DNA of 63,303 nt, the filler included, from Choristocarpus tenellus KU-1152 (taxonomy: Eukaryota > Protista > Phaeophyceae): the NCBI GenBank assembly GCA_964200185.2. It is 8 parts of 8 records of this genome, joined end to end, with 100 filler letters (N's around TTAATTAATTAA, not from the genome) between each part and the next. Parts side by side here need not be neighbours in the genome. Positions count along the whole stretch, not along the records: positions 34,767 to 44,075 come from CAXNAD020003793.1; positions 44,176 to 48,360 come from CAXNAD020015797.1; positions 48,461 to 51,920 come from CAXNAD020019890.1; positions 52,021 to 56,447 come from CAXNAD020014598.1; 4 more parts are not named here. One strand, 5' to 3'. The notes under the pieces were generated by a model. The model was not told the origin of the DNA, ran no database searches, and worked only from the letters and a program-made list of their open reading frames with translations. Numbering within the stretch: the stretch's first letter is position 1; every line of letters begins with the position of its first letter. This document shows positions 41,900 to 52,502 of the stretch, in pieces. The position numbers and the translations under genes are program-made.

Positions 41900-42340
41900 A
41901 AGCAGGACAGTTAAGGCTATGGTGAGCTAAGGTGGATACGATCATCGACAAATTTGAGCGTATGCTCTCTGACGGGATAGGTGTCTGAGTTCTTCTCTTC
42001 AAGTTCGAGCTCCAGCAATTAGTGACAAGACGTGTTTCTATCGTGGAAGAGGGGGGGATTTCAAACTTCATTGATAGTACACACCGATCCCCACTGTAAG
42101 TCAGAAAAGACGTTTTATACCCTGTAATATATATAGTGTGCATACAAGACAACCAATGACATCCAGTTCCAAGCGGGTATGTTGGCAGATGACATTGTTT
42201 CGGAACTATTGAGCACAATGGTGGGTTGTAGGCACGATGATACCTCATGAGGAGAAGCAGGTCGAAGCAGTGGTTGAGTGATGTCCAGGTTGAAATGAAC
42301 CCTCAGTACTATGCCGATGTCGACACTATCTGTTACAGGC
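41900..42340 (+). pseudogene. Decayed PIF/Harbinger-type (DDE_Tnp_4/HARBI1-like) transposase fragment
   Basis: Frameshifted translation SNFIDSTHR...YKTTNDIQFQAGMLADDIVSELLSTMVGCRHD...QYYAD resembles the Harbinger pattern GFIDGT...K..H.lKFQ....dG.i..l.gp..GrrHD...yGD. Stop codons are present. Confidence 0.5.
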
Positions 42341-42450
42341 GATATGTCGTGATGGCGGTTTCATAAACACCATGATGACCTTGAAGTTCTAGATTTTGGT
42401 ATATTTTAATTATTATCCCCTCATTATAAAAATAATGTCATAAATGTGAA

Positions 42451-42708
42451 GAGTGAAAGTATCTTAGAGGGTACGAGTTTTGCCCTGTTTGTCCGTTTGG
42501 TGCTTGACTTCCCACGGGGTTTTTTATGACATTTTCCTACTCCAAAATGTATGGGAGTAGGTAAAATGTGCATGTTGTGAGAAGTCGTGTCCAGAGCAAG
42601 GGTATTGACACTTCCTAACAACACGATAGCCAAAATTACATCAAAATCGCAACATTGGATTTTTGCCCCCAAACGGACGTGGCTCTACCCTCTAATATGC
42701 TTTGGCTC
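42451..42708 (+). mobile_element. MITE family A, complete copy (258 bp), GAG...CTC termini, 4-bp TSD TGAA
   Basis: TIR GAGTGAAAGTATCTTAGAGGGTA ... TACCCTCTAATATGCTTTGGCTC. Flanked by TGAA at 42447-50 and 42709-12. Internal hairpin CATTTTCCTACTCC..GGAGTAGGTAAAATG. Confidence 0.85.
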
Positions 42709-42789
42709 TGAAAGACACTAATCAATTTCTTACTTCATCACTATGTTGTACTACTGCCTTCCTGTGTCTCTAATCTACCTATATCTGAG

Positions 42790-43545
42790 CCCCGGGGGGA
42801 GGATCTAGGGAGGCATCCCAAGAATCCAATGACCCCCCCCGTGCCCATCCCCCTGGTGATTCCAGCTTAAAAAGCATGACACGTCTAGACAGTGCCACTT
42901 GCGTAGTTACCAAAACAATTTGGCGTAGCCGGGATTTAATTACTCCTTTCCGGCTATATCCTCCCGTTCCTCACCCCCCTACCATATGAGTAGCCAGTTC
43001 ATCCAGGAAGCATTCCGCTTGCTTGCCGAGGCGCCCAAAATTTTCCCCTGCAAAGGTGTTGAGGTTATAACTCGAGGATCAAAAGAGCCCTCGTAGTGGG
43101 TGCGCTTTCGTGCCTTGGCTGCAGTAGCAGCTACACCATTGCTGGTGGATGAGCGTGTAAGATGGGAGGTTGCCTGCACTTTTGCGAATGTGACATCTAG
43201 CAGAAGGCCTTTGTCCCTGTAGGGGGCTGTTCCGACATCCACTAGTGCCCCTGCATGGAACACCAGATCCATGCGGAGATTCCTGTCCGCTGTGAAAGGG
43301 CTGCGGTCCTCCAAAGTGCAAGGGCTGCCCATCCCCTTGCATAGTTGGTGCAGGCGTTTAACCCTGGGAGTGTGCTGTCGTCCCTGTCCCCCTGCCCTGG
43401 GGCAGGTACGAGCATGTCTGGTATCAACATTTTGCCTCCTGCACCCTGCCACTGGATACCTGCTGGATAGGGCCTCCTCCCTCCCTAGGGATCTGGTGAC
43501 TGTGAGCTTAAATTCCTGAGGGGTGATCTGGCATGCTGGTACCAG
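42790..43545 (-). mobile_element. 3' end of a CRE-like non-LTR retrotransposon (zinc knuckle plus restriction-like endonuclease), 5'-truncated and frameshifted
   Basis: GC...VDTRHARTC..AG....QH...LHQL......E..SPF......RMDLV.....LLLDVT.......AATAAKARKRTHY, then in another frame KGVIKSRLRQIVLVTTQVALSRRV. This is a REL-endonuclease C-terminal pattern. Confidence 0.7.
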
Positions 43546-45298
43546 TGTTACAGGTGAATAGTGCAAGCATTTCTTCTCGTGTTCTAACAAGCACGAGCAG
43601 TACACGAGATTAGTAGCACATAGGTAGCCCTACAGAATAAATGCATACGTAACATTACAAAAGAAAACATCAAAGTTCCTAAGAAGCTGCAGAATAAAGG
43701 CTTATGATTGGAGTACGTACACAGCAGTTGCATAGAAGACCCAAGAAATTGGGTGGATGATGAAAATAATAAAAGGACTTTTGGTCAAAACCATCACCCC
43801 TTCTAAAACAGTCTTGTATCTTGAACGAAACATTGAAACAAGCTTTGAGCTACGTACTGAGTGAAGTATTGAGAGAAGGCTGTCTGACACCCAAGAAACT
43901 ATTATCAAAGGCAACGCCCCCATAGCGTCGTTTTAAAGTCGTTGGATTTGAGTTACACATCCTGTGGAGGTGAGTTCTGGAGAGTGCTGTAACACCAGAG
44001 GTTGAGCCATGGCCCACACATTTGCCCCTTGTCCGCACTTGGTCCGGTGGCGCACTAGGGACAATGAGGAGGTTTNNNNNNNNNNNNNNNNNNNNNNNNN
44101 NNNNNNNNNNNNNNNNNNNTTAATTAATTAANNNNNNNNNNNNNNNNNNNNNNNNNNNNNNNNNNNNNNNNNNNNCCCCCCCCCCCCCCCCCCCCCCCCC
44201 CCCCCAGATACTTCGAGCCGGAACAGAACACACCATAAATTTCTGTTCATTTTCGAGAGGGGAAAGTGTGTTCTTGGGGAAAGGAGCAAGACATGCTCGA
44301 CAATGCACAATGAATGCGCTTTTGAATAGGAAGCAGGCAAGGGCACCCTTTCCACACAGGACACCCGTTTTATATAGTCCACTTCACATTTTTGTGTGAT
44401 GGCAACAAGTGCCCTTTTAAAACGCTCTATACAAGTTATCGACCGCATCATTTCGATGCTATTCATGTCACTATTCATGTTTCGATGACGGAAAAAATAA
44501 ATAAATATATATATATATATATATATGCAACGAGTTCACGAACTGTGTCCCAGTGACAAAACAGTTGACATTCAGGAAATTTCTTCCCATCAGGTCACTC
44601 TACAATAGAAACAAGAGACTCACCTTTACCACCATGGAAGGCGTTCTGGCACCATTTACTGACGCAGTCAAAGGTGCAATCAAAAGACAGAGTGTGATCA
44701 TTTGATGCACCTCCCAACATATGAAAAATCGCTCATATACTTGCATACTATACTAACAACACTAACTGGCGAGGTGAAAATGTTTCCCAGTTGGAGTTTT
44801 ATCGTATCATGGACAGAAGGCCATGAATGGGTGTGCCAAAATGTTCAGGCCACAACATGGTCAGTCAAATACAAGATATGGGATGCACACCATCAGTTCA
44901 AAAAAGACAAGGAGAGTGCTCTGTCGCAAGAGTATTGTCAAAGAGGGAAACGCTGGCCCTCAAAAACACAGGCATTACTAATGCTCCTTCCTGTGCTAAA
45001 AGACTCCTACTACGTGAGCAACAGCATCAAGTAAATCAATATTTTGAACTTAAAAGGCACTATGCCATACACCGATAACTACCACAATAGAGTACACCTT
45101 GTCCAATTCGGAAAAATCCAAGTAAAGCGGCATATACACAAAATGTACTAACAAAAGCAGCACTGTTGTCACGAGTAAGATAAGCCAAGCGCCACATGAA
45201 TCTATTGTTGCCGCCTCTCCTCCTACCATTCAATAGCACACTGTGATAACCAGCATCAAAACACATTATAATCCTCTCACACTCCCCTTTCATCGAAC

Positions 45299-46360
45299 CT
45301 TGTTGTATGCTGTTCGCGCTGCAGCCTTGGCCTGAACTACGGTCAAATCTTCATCACCTCCCTCCATCCCTGCACTAGCTTCTGCTGCCTTCGCTGCCCT
45401 CTTCGCACTTTGTTCTTCCATCATTTCTCTAGCCGCAGCCAATTCCATCATGAACTCTGCCTCTTGTCCTGCATCATCAAGAGCCTCATGGTCCTACCGA
45501 GATCGTTGGGTGGAGGGATGCAGGCAGCAGAGTGTCATTGAATAGGTGGATGAATTTATCACGGTCTTGAAACAGTGAGTGAGATGTGTGGGTACTGGGC
45601 GCTACCAAGGTGTAACACATGTGCGAAGCATGAAGTCTTGTTGGATCTGTGACAAGCACTACTGGTTCTTAGATCGATGGATTGAAGCATGCTTTGGATG
45701 GGTTAATCAGGGAAAGAATATGTTTGAGCCTGGTGGATGATGAGCCGAGAGAGAAGTGCATGGATCGATGAATGGCCATTGTTGTGCATGGTTGTCCTTG
45801 GTGACGACGACACAGGGACATGTGTGATTGGGCAAACGTTTGTCTCTGTATCTTCGTGGAAACTTGATTGTGCAGAGGGGCAGGTTACTTCCGCCTTGAG
45901 TGGTGTGCCAGTCGACTCTACAGAAGGATTAAGTTCCCTCCACAAGGGGATGAACAGGGGAAACGGTGTTCAGGGTTATGTCGAGATGAAGTTGCCCATT
46001 ATATGTTGACTGATCGGTGAGTCGAATATCTCCCCACCACCTTCGACCTATCTTAATACAAGCACCTCAGCCACTAGAGTCCCTTTGAAACCACTCCAAC
46101 GTTCAGCAATTGCATCTAAATCCCCCAAAGATGTGCTCAGCATTGAATGGTCGAACCTGGACCAACTGGGGGCAAACCTCACCAGCCCTAGTATGTTCAC
46201 AGGGGCTTCAGTGGGCCAAACTAAGCGAATATCACAGCAAACTATTGTTCTAAGGATTGCTAAGAAGAATGGATAGCACCAAACCAAGATAGGTACCAAG
46301 ATGGCTTGCCTCGTCCAGACCAATGGCTGCTTTGATCGCTCTCTTTCGTCCCTTAGGCAT
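45299..46360 (-). CDS. 5' exons of a nucleolar-type protein, possibly rRNA-processing protein EBP2
   Basis: Exon 46360-46310 (MPKGRKRAIKAAIGLDE, GC donor GAG|GCAAGC) joins in phase to exon 45493-45299 (DHEALDDAGQEAEFMMELAAAREMMEEQ...RTAYNK). The basic start, acidic helix and YNK resemble the EBP2 N-terminus. The diagnostic C-terminal domain is not in the contig. Confidence 0.4.
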
Positions 46361-48307
46361 TTCTCAGAAGGTGAAAACACCGCTTGATCCACCCCTCCCC
46401 TTTCTAACCAAAGGAAAACTGCAGTGCTACTATGTGTCCCTGCGATTAGATCAATACGGCCCTGCCTTCTCAGCACTTGTTGCACTTCGGTCACTCCACA
46501 ACCATGAGGGTATCTGGTGTATGGCGAGAACAGCGCGCGGGGACTGTGATTATATTGGACATTTCTGGCTTACAAGAATGATACTACTATTATAGTATCT
46601 TAATATTATAAAAGTAGTCGTATTGGTCGAAAATATGTTTTTCTTTTCATCCCAAAAAAGTATCAACGAATAACTAAACTCGCGATGTAGACAGAGTAGG
46701 ATTCAGTGAATCTGACATACATATAACCAACGGGTGGAGGCCAAACAACTGATAACCCTCAAACGACCACAAATCACATTGTAGATTGCTGATGAAGGGG
46801 ATGATAAGTCAGTCGGTGGGGTGATTTGAATAGTTCTCAACACCGGCAGCACGATGGAGGGCGTAGAAGGTACATGTGTGTTAACGTTAGTGCCAGTTGG
46901 ATCCCCAATTTTCAGCAATAGGGAAGTAGTGTGCATGAAATTGTTTGGCCTTTTGTACCTGTTGTTGGGATGTGCCCTCATTTATCGCCGACTCGGGTTT
47001 GGGCAGAACTACTGCGCCAACGAATCCCGAGGTTATTTGAAGTCGATATCTAGGAGGCATAGGTTAGTTGTACCAGCCTGTGCGTTCATTGGACATCACG
47101 CCGAGCTCTAAGAGGGCAAAAACCATACAGCATGGTTGACTATTGTATTATTGTATTGACGATCACCTGACGTGGGTTATATCTACATGCAAGCAGCAAC
47201 GCCAGGGCACAAAGATCGGGGAATTTGTTTTAAAAGCCAAGTTAATGGTGTTGTCAAAAATTTAATCTCTTGGGCTGTTTTTGGAGGTTGTCTGTTGTCG
47301 ATATTGACAACCTGACTACATATGAACCTTTTTTTGTTTGGGTCAAGGAATTCTGGTGCAGGAGTTGCCAGCGCTCACCCTGGAATGAAACCAGTGGTGG
47401 AACAGCATCCTGATAATATGGTAGAAGCAATTTAGTGCTGAGAGAAATGGAAGATTGCATGCACTGAAGTGCTCCGCAAGAGCATTGATTGGACGGATTG
47501 TAGCAACCACAGGGTATCTCAATTGTGGCACACGCTTGCAAAGTACAGTGTTTCTCGAGGTCGTGACGCGACGACTTAGATACTACCTGGAATGGGAGAC
47601 ATACTCTAAAGGAAAATAGTGGTTTCCAATCCAATTCTCCCTAGATGGACATACATGTATCTCTACTCATGTGTTGTCATCGGCCCCCAAGAAGCATATG
47701 ACTCTGTTTACTGCGACCTCCTGTGGGCTGTTCTTGCCAATGTTTGAAGTATCTGAGAAGATGGCCCTAGCTATCCGTCAATTCCTTGATGGAATGCATG
47801 CGTTTGCCCACATGGATGGCAGAGAGTGTGAGGATTGGTTTGAGTTTAGGTATAGGCCTCGGGGAGGGTGTGCTCTTGTCGCTATCCTGCATTCAACAGC
47901 TTCTTCAATCCGTGTATTGTTAAGTGTAACAGTAAAGGAGTACAGCTCTGATCCCACCATCTCTAAGCATCTTGTTGCCATTATGTAAGCAGAGGCGAAA
48001 AACAACAAGGTCAGAAGGGGAGGAGCGACAGGAAGTGGGGAAACACTTGAGTGGCGTCATTGTGGTATTTTTTAGGCTGACAATGTGGGATTGTATCTTA
48101 GATCCAAGGAATTTTAAACAGGATAATGACAGTGATGCTTAGGTTGACTAGGTAATATGGGCTCAAATTGTTACCCTTCAGTGTTCCCAGCAGTTTATCT
48201 TGAGGGGATGTGTAGTTCCAACTATCAAGTCTGTCACTTGATGGTGGGACTTGGAGATGGCGTGATAGGAATGGTTCGATGTTTGACAACCGAACGAAAT
48301 TGGGCTT

Positions 48308-48360
48308 GGGTCAAAGTATCTGGGGGGGGGTGTCGGCGTCCGTTTTTCACCCTTTTTTCG
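48308..48360 (+). mobile_element. Terminus of a second, related TIR element (family B) at contig end
   Basis: GGGTCAAAGTATCT-G9-TGTCGGCGTCCGTTTTTCAC (48308-48350) is the exact reverse complement of 52021-52063. It shares the AAAGTATCT core with the family A TIR. Confidence 0.6.
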
Positions 48361-48460
48361 NNNNNNNNNNNNNNNNNNNNNNNNNNNNNNNNNNNNNNNN
48401 NNNNTTAATTAATTAANNNNNNNNNNNNNNNNNNNNNNNNNNNNNNNNNNNNNNNNNNNN

Positions 48461-48710
48461 GTCAAAATTACATCAAAATTGGAACATTGGATTTTGACCC
48501 CCAAATGGACGCGACTCTACCCTCTCAGGTATTTTGACTCTGTTGGGAAGTGTCAATATCCATGTTCTGGACACGCCTTTTCATAACATAAACATTTTAC
48601 CTACTCCGAAACATTTTGGAGTAGTAAAATGTATGAAAAAACACCATGGGAAGCCAAGCCCCAAATGGACAAACAGGGCAAATCTCTTGCCCTCTAAGAT
48701 ACTTTCGCTC
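48461..48710. mobile_element. MITE family A, nested pair: 3' end of a + copy (48461-48540) followed by the left half of a - copy (48541-48710)
   Basis: ...TACCCTCTCAGGTATTTTGACTC is followed by TGTTGGGAAGTGTCAATATCC...CCTCTAAGATACTTTCGCTC, which is the reverse complement of the element's left half. Confidence 0.75.
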
Positions 48711-51700
48711 CATGGCAAACACTATGGATTCCACATCTACCTGTGCTACTATCCTACCTGTCGCACTACCACAATGTTCGAGGGGGGAGAATGTGCAATA
48801 TAGGCTGGTAGTCTATATGGTTTATAGGTGTTTAGTGATTAGATAACTGGAATCTTGACTAAGTGGAACAAGAGTCATTGACTTATTTTCGTGTGCTTAG
48901 AGTGATCTCGAATGAATGATTTCTTATTACCTGATACAAATGTATTGATAGAGGAATACTGACATAGTATACTAGCTACACAGGATAAGTGACATAGCAC
49001 GGTGTAACGGCAGGGCACGTTGATGTGTCAGCTGACATAAGCAATACACATTAAGATAATAAGAGAGAGCATCCTCCACCATCGAGGGCTGTGCTCACTC
49101 CGCTAATAAATACATCCATACCACATAAAGCAAAATACTCTATTTGAGTAGCTCTCTTTTGCAAAGAGGAGGAGCAACAAGTGGTGGGATGACTGAACCC
49201 AAGGGTGAGAAGCAACACATTACAAATTGTGGCATTCGATTTTTCCTGATGCAACAGTTAGTTACACAGTAGTTGCTAATGCGAGAGAGGTAATGATAAT
49301 ATATAGTATGTGGCTGTTACCTCTGACCACAGGTCCGGATATTCCATGGACTAAAAGGTAAGGTTGTAATACAAATGAACGATAATCTTCCACTTCATAG
49401 CAAGAGCACCTCCTTGAATATATTCAGCATTTTACTAAGGACCTGGAGTGTTGCTGTGCCCGAAATGCCCATATGTGTCCCACTGAAATCATTGCCCCCA
49501 ATAACTGTTGAACCATATCATACACCTTCAATAGGCTTTGCCCCACCTCAAGTATTGCAGTACATTATTAATATTTACATTTGTTTAGTCTTAGGGATCC
49601 CAAACAAAGAAGATGCTATGATTGATTACCCACGTAGGAGTTGCTTATACGTTTCGCTGCAGCTTTACGGATGAGTCGGATGGACTAAGTTGTGATTTCT
49701 CTAACTGTGGCGCGCATAATGAATTTCTCGAAATTTGTACGAAGATCTAATTTTTTTTTAAAGCATTTCCGGTATGCAATTGTCTACAAGTCTGTTCTTG
49801 GCTATTGAGTCTTCACTGTTTTGCCACTCTTCCCTCATCATCTGTAACCGGCTCCAGTATCTGGTACCAGTTATCATCTAGGTATAAGTGGTAAGGTATC
49901 CGCTTCAATACGGACTGCTAAAAACATATCTACTTTTGTTATTCAATGTTAGTAATAACTGCAGCCCACTTGCCATATGTCTAGTGCAGGAAGTGGTCCT
50001 GCATTTGCGACCATTTCTTTCGTTGGTACAACTGAAAGGGACCATATGTGGTTGAGTATTGGATAACTCAGTCTCCACCCTCAGGAGATTCGGACAGTGA
50101 CGTGGACCTAAACCAAACCAATTGAAGAGGTAGGCAGGCTTGGACCCTTTTGCATTCTAAGCCATCATTCTTACCCTGTGCAATGCACTCTATTTCATTG
50201 CTTTATGTGCAAAGTAGTGTTTGTAAAATTGGTATTTTCCTTCCCACACACGAAGTGATACCACAATTCAGCTAAGGCTCTTTCTGCATTTGTACAAAAT
50301 GATTTGTTTTGTCCTTTCTCGGGATCCTTAAAACATACCCCTATCTATCTCAGTTGGTTTGACTCCCTCAGGTGCCCCAAGCTGCTGGCCAAACGCAGGA
50401 GGAGAGACCTTCCTCTTTCCATTTTGTGATCTATGTGGTGAGTGGTGTTTCGGATTTTTTTGGATGGACACGGTGCGACCGACAATTCATGATCTTTCCC
50501 CTTCATCTTATTCCCATAGGACCTGGCGATGCACGTGACAATCCTTAAGACGTCCTATCCCAAATATTGTGTGATGTTTCTCTCTGCTAACATTCGTACC
50601 TACGTTTTTTTTTTTTCCTTCGCATTTCTTAATTTTCTGAGCACTCTGTATCTTTTATAGTAATTGTGCTTTCTCAAGTCTTGCGTATTCGTGCCTTCCT
50701 CTGACGGCTATCTTTTGAACATGGTCTGGGACCCCTAAGACTAAAAGCGTGAATTAGTAGAAGTAGTAAATCATATCATGCAGTGGTACTATGGCAGGTA
50801 GCTGCCTGGTTGGGTAGCTGTGTATGGTTGTTGTCGTAATCCCAATCTGATGACGCTGGGCTGCGTGTCCAATTATCATTATTTTTTTCCAGAATGACGT
50901 CCAGAGGCATCATTTGAGTGTGCTTGCCTTTGCTTGCATTTGTGCCACACACGGTGAAGGTGAGTATCCCTTGGCGATGTTTGGCCTTGGCTTGCACTTG
51001 CTACCCTTGGCGGGTGATGTTCACGGGCAGTCTGACATTGTTCAACCCGCTGTATGAACTCATTCAGAGTGATAAGACCTCTCTCGAGGTGCCAGAAAGT
51101 GGGATTTGTAAGAAATCGTCCAATTGGAAAAAAGCTTATTTTTCAGTCTAATTCCTGCTCCTCAAAATGGACAACGTGAGGGTGTCATTCAAGAACAATG
51201 TGCCGCATAGGGATAAGGACTTGCCTTCATTACTAGTATTATTTATATATATAATGTTCAACCGGCCTTTCAAGTGGCCAACAAGAAATTATAGTTTACT
51301 GTAAATAGTAATCATATTTACAGTCATAAAATAATAATAATAGTAATAATAATAATATTAATACCAACATTCCTGACAACAACACTAACAATACTACTAC
51401 TACTACAAATAAATATATGCGCCACATACAGGTCAGCCCCATGCCAGGATATATATTAAATGGAACTATTCATAAATCACCTTCTGGACTATCCTCTCTT
51501 GATGCTTGGCAAAGTGGTTGGACGACTACTGATAGATACAAATTGAAGGGAAGGGAGGGGTATAGCTTATTTTTGTGTGTATTATGTGCAGAGTCTGTCT
51601 ATTTGTGCGTGTATTGCGCACATATTCCCTCCGACATTTTGCAGATGTTTCAGGAAAACCTAACAATATTATTAAAGCTACTGTAAACACAGCAGTTGTT

Positions 51701-52020
51701 ATCAATGTTAAGATATATCTCTAAAAGCACCTTTTTTACAATATACTCCAGTATGTTCACAACATAGAACTATTGCTAACACATTTGGTAGTTTACAAAT
51801 CACGTAATGTATATTTTACCTAGTAGTATCTGACCCAAAGTATCTGGGGGGGGGGGGGGGTCTCCACCAGGGGTCCCATTTGAACCAAAACCAGGAAAAG
51901 GGCCCTTTCATTATCCATCCNNNNNNNNNNNNNNNNNNNNNNNNNNNNNNNNNNNNNNNNNNNNTTAATTAATTAANNNNNNNNNNNNNNNNNNNNNNNN
52001 NNNNNNNNNNNNNNNNNNNN

Positions 52021-52063
52021 GTGAAAAACGGACGCCGACACCCCCCCCCAGATACTTTGACCC
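52021..52063 (-). mobile_element. Family B element terminus at contig start
   Basis: 43-bp perfect reverse complement of 48308-48350. A similar terminus, GACCCAAAGTATCT-Gn, starts at 51832. Confidence 0.6.
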
Positions 52064-52502
52064 TCTCCAGAGCTGAAACTCTCGACACCATGTGTACAGC
52101 ATCCTATTTTCAAGTTTAGCGATTTTACCAACATGAACAAGAGCTCTGTTTTTGCTCTAGTTTGCAGTGGACTTGGGTGGAGGAAGGCAATGTGGGAAAC
52201 ATGGCCCTGATGAAAAAGAATGAGCAGAAGGTGGCTAACACTGTTTTGAACTTTTAACTTGCAATTCATCACACATGTGCAACACCACTCTCTAAGGAGG
52301 CACGAAAAAGTAAGGGTTCACAGTTCAAAGAGAGTTGGACTGTTTACCGAACAATGGACGTACAGACAAATAGCCCCCAGCATTGTCCTGGGCGGAAAAT
52401 ATTACAGAGCAAAATAGAACTGAGCATTTGCTGGTCAATACTTCGAAGTGCATTCTAATGACTATAACAGTGGCGTGAAGATATTGGGGTTCCCTATCCG
52501 AC

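Noticed and set aside
747-46360. Apparent cluster of ribosome-biogenesis genes (RRN3, NOM1, EBP2-like)
   Set aside because: They lie on different contigs joined by artificial linkers, so their proximity is not evidence of linkage.
46854-48009. Plus-strand micro-exon gene start (MEGVE/EAKNNK) divergent from the EBP2-like gene
   Set aside because: Too short to distinguish from chance without transcripts.
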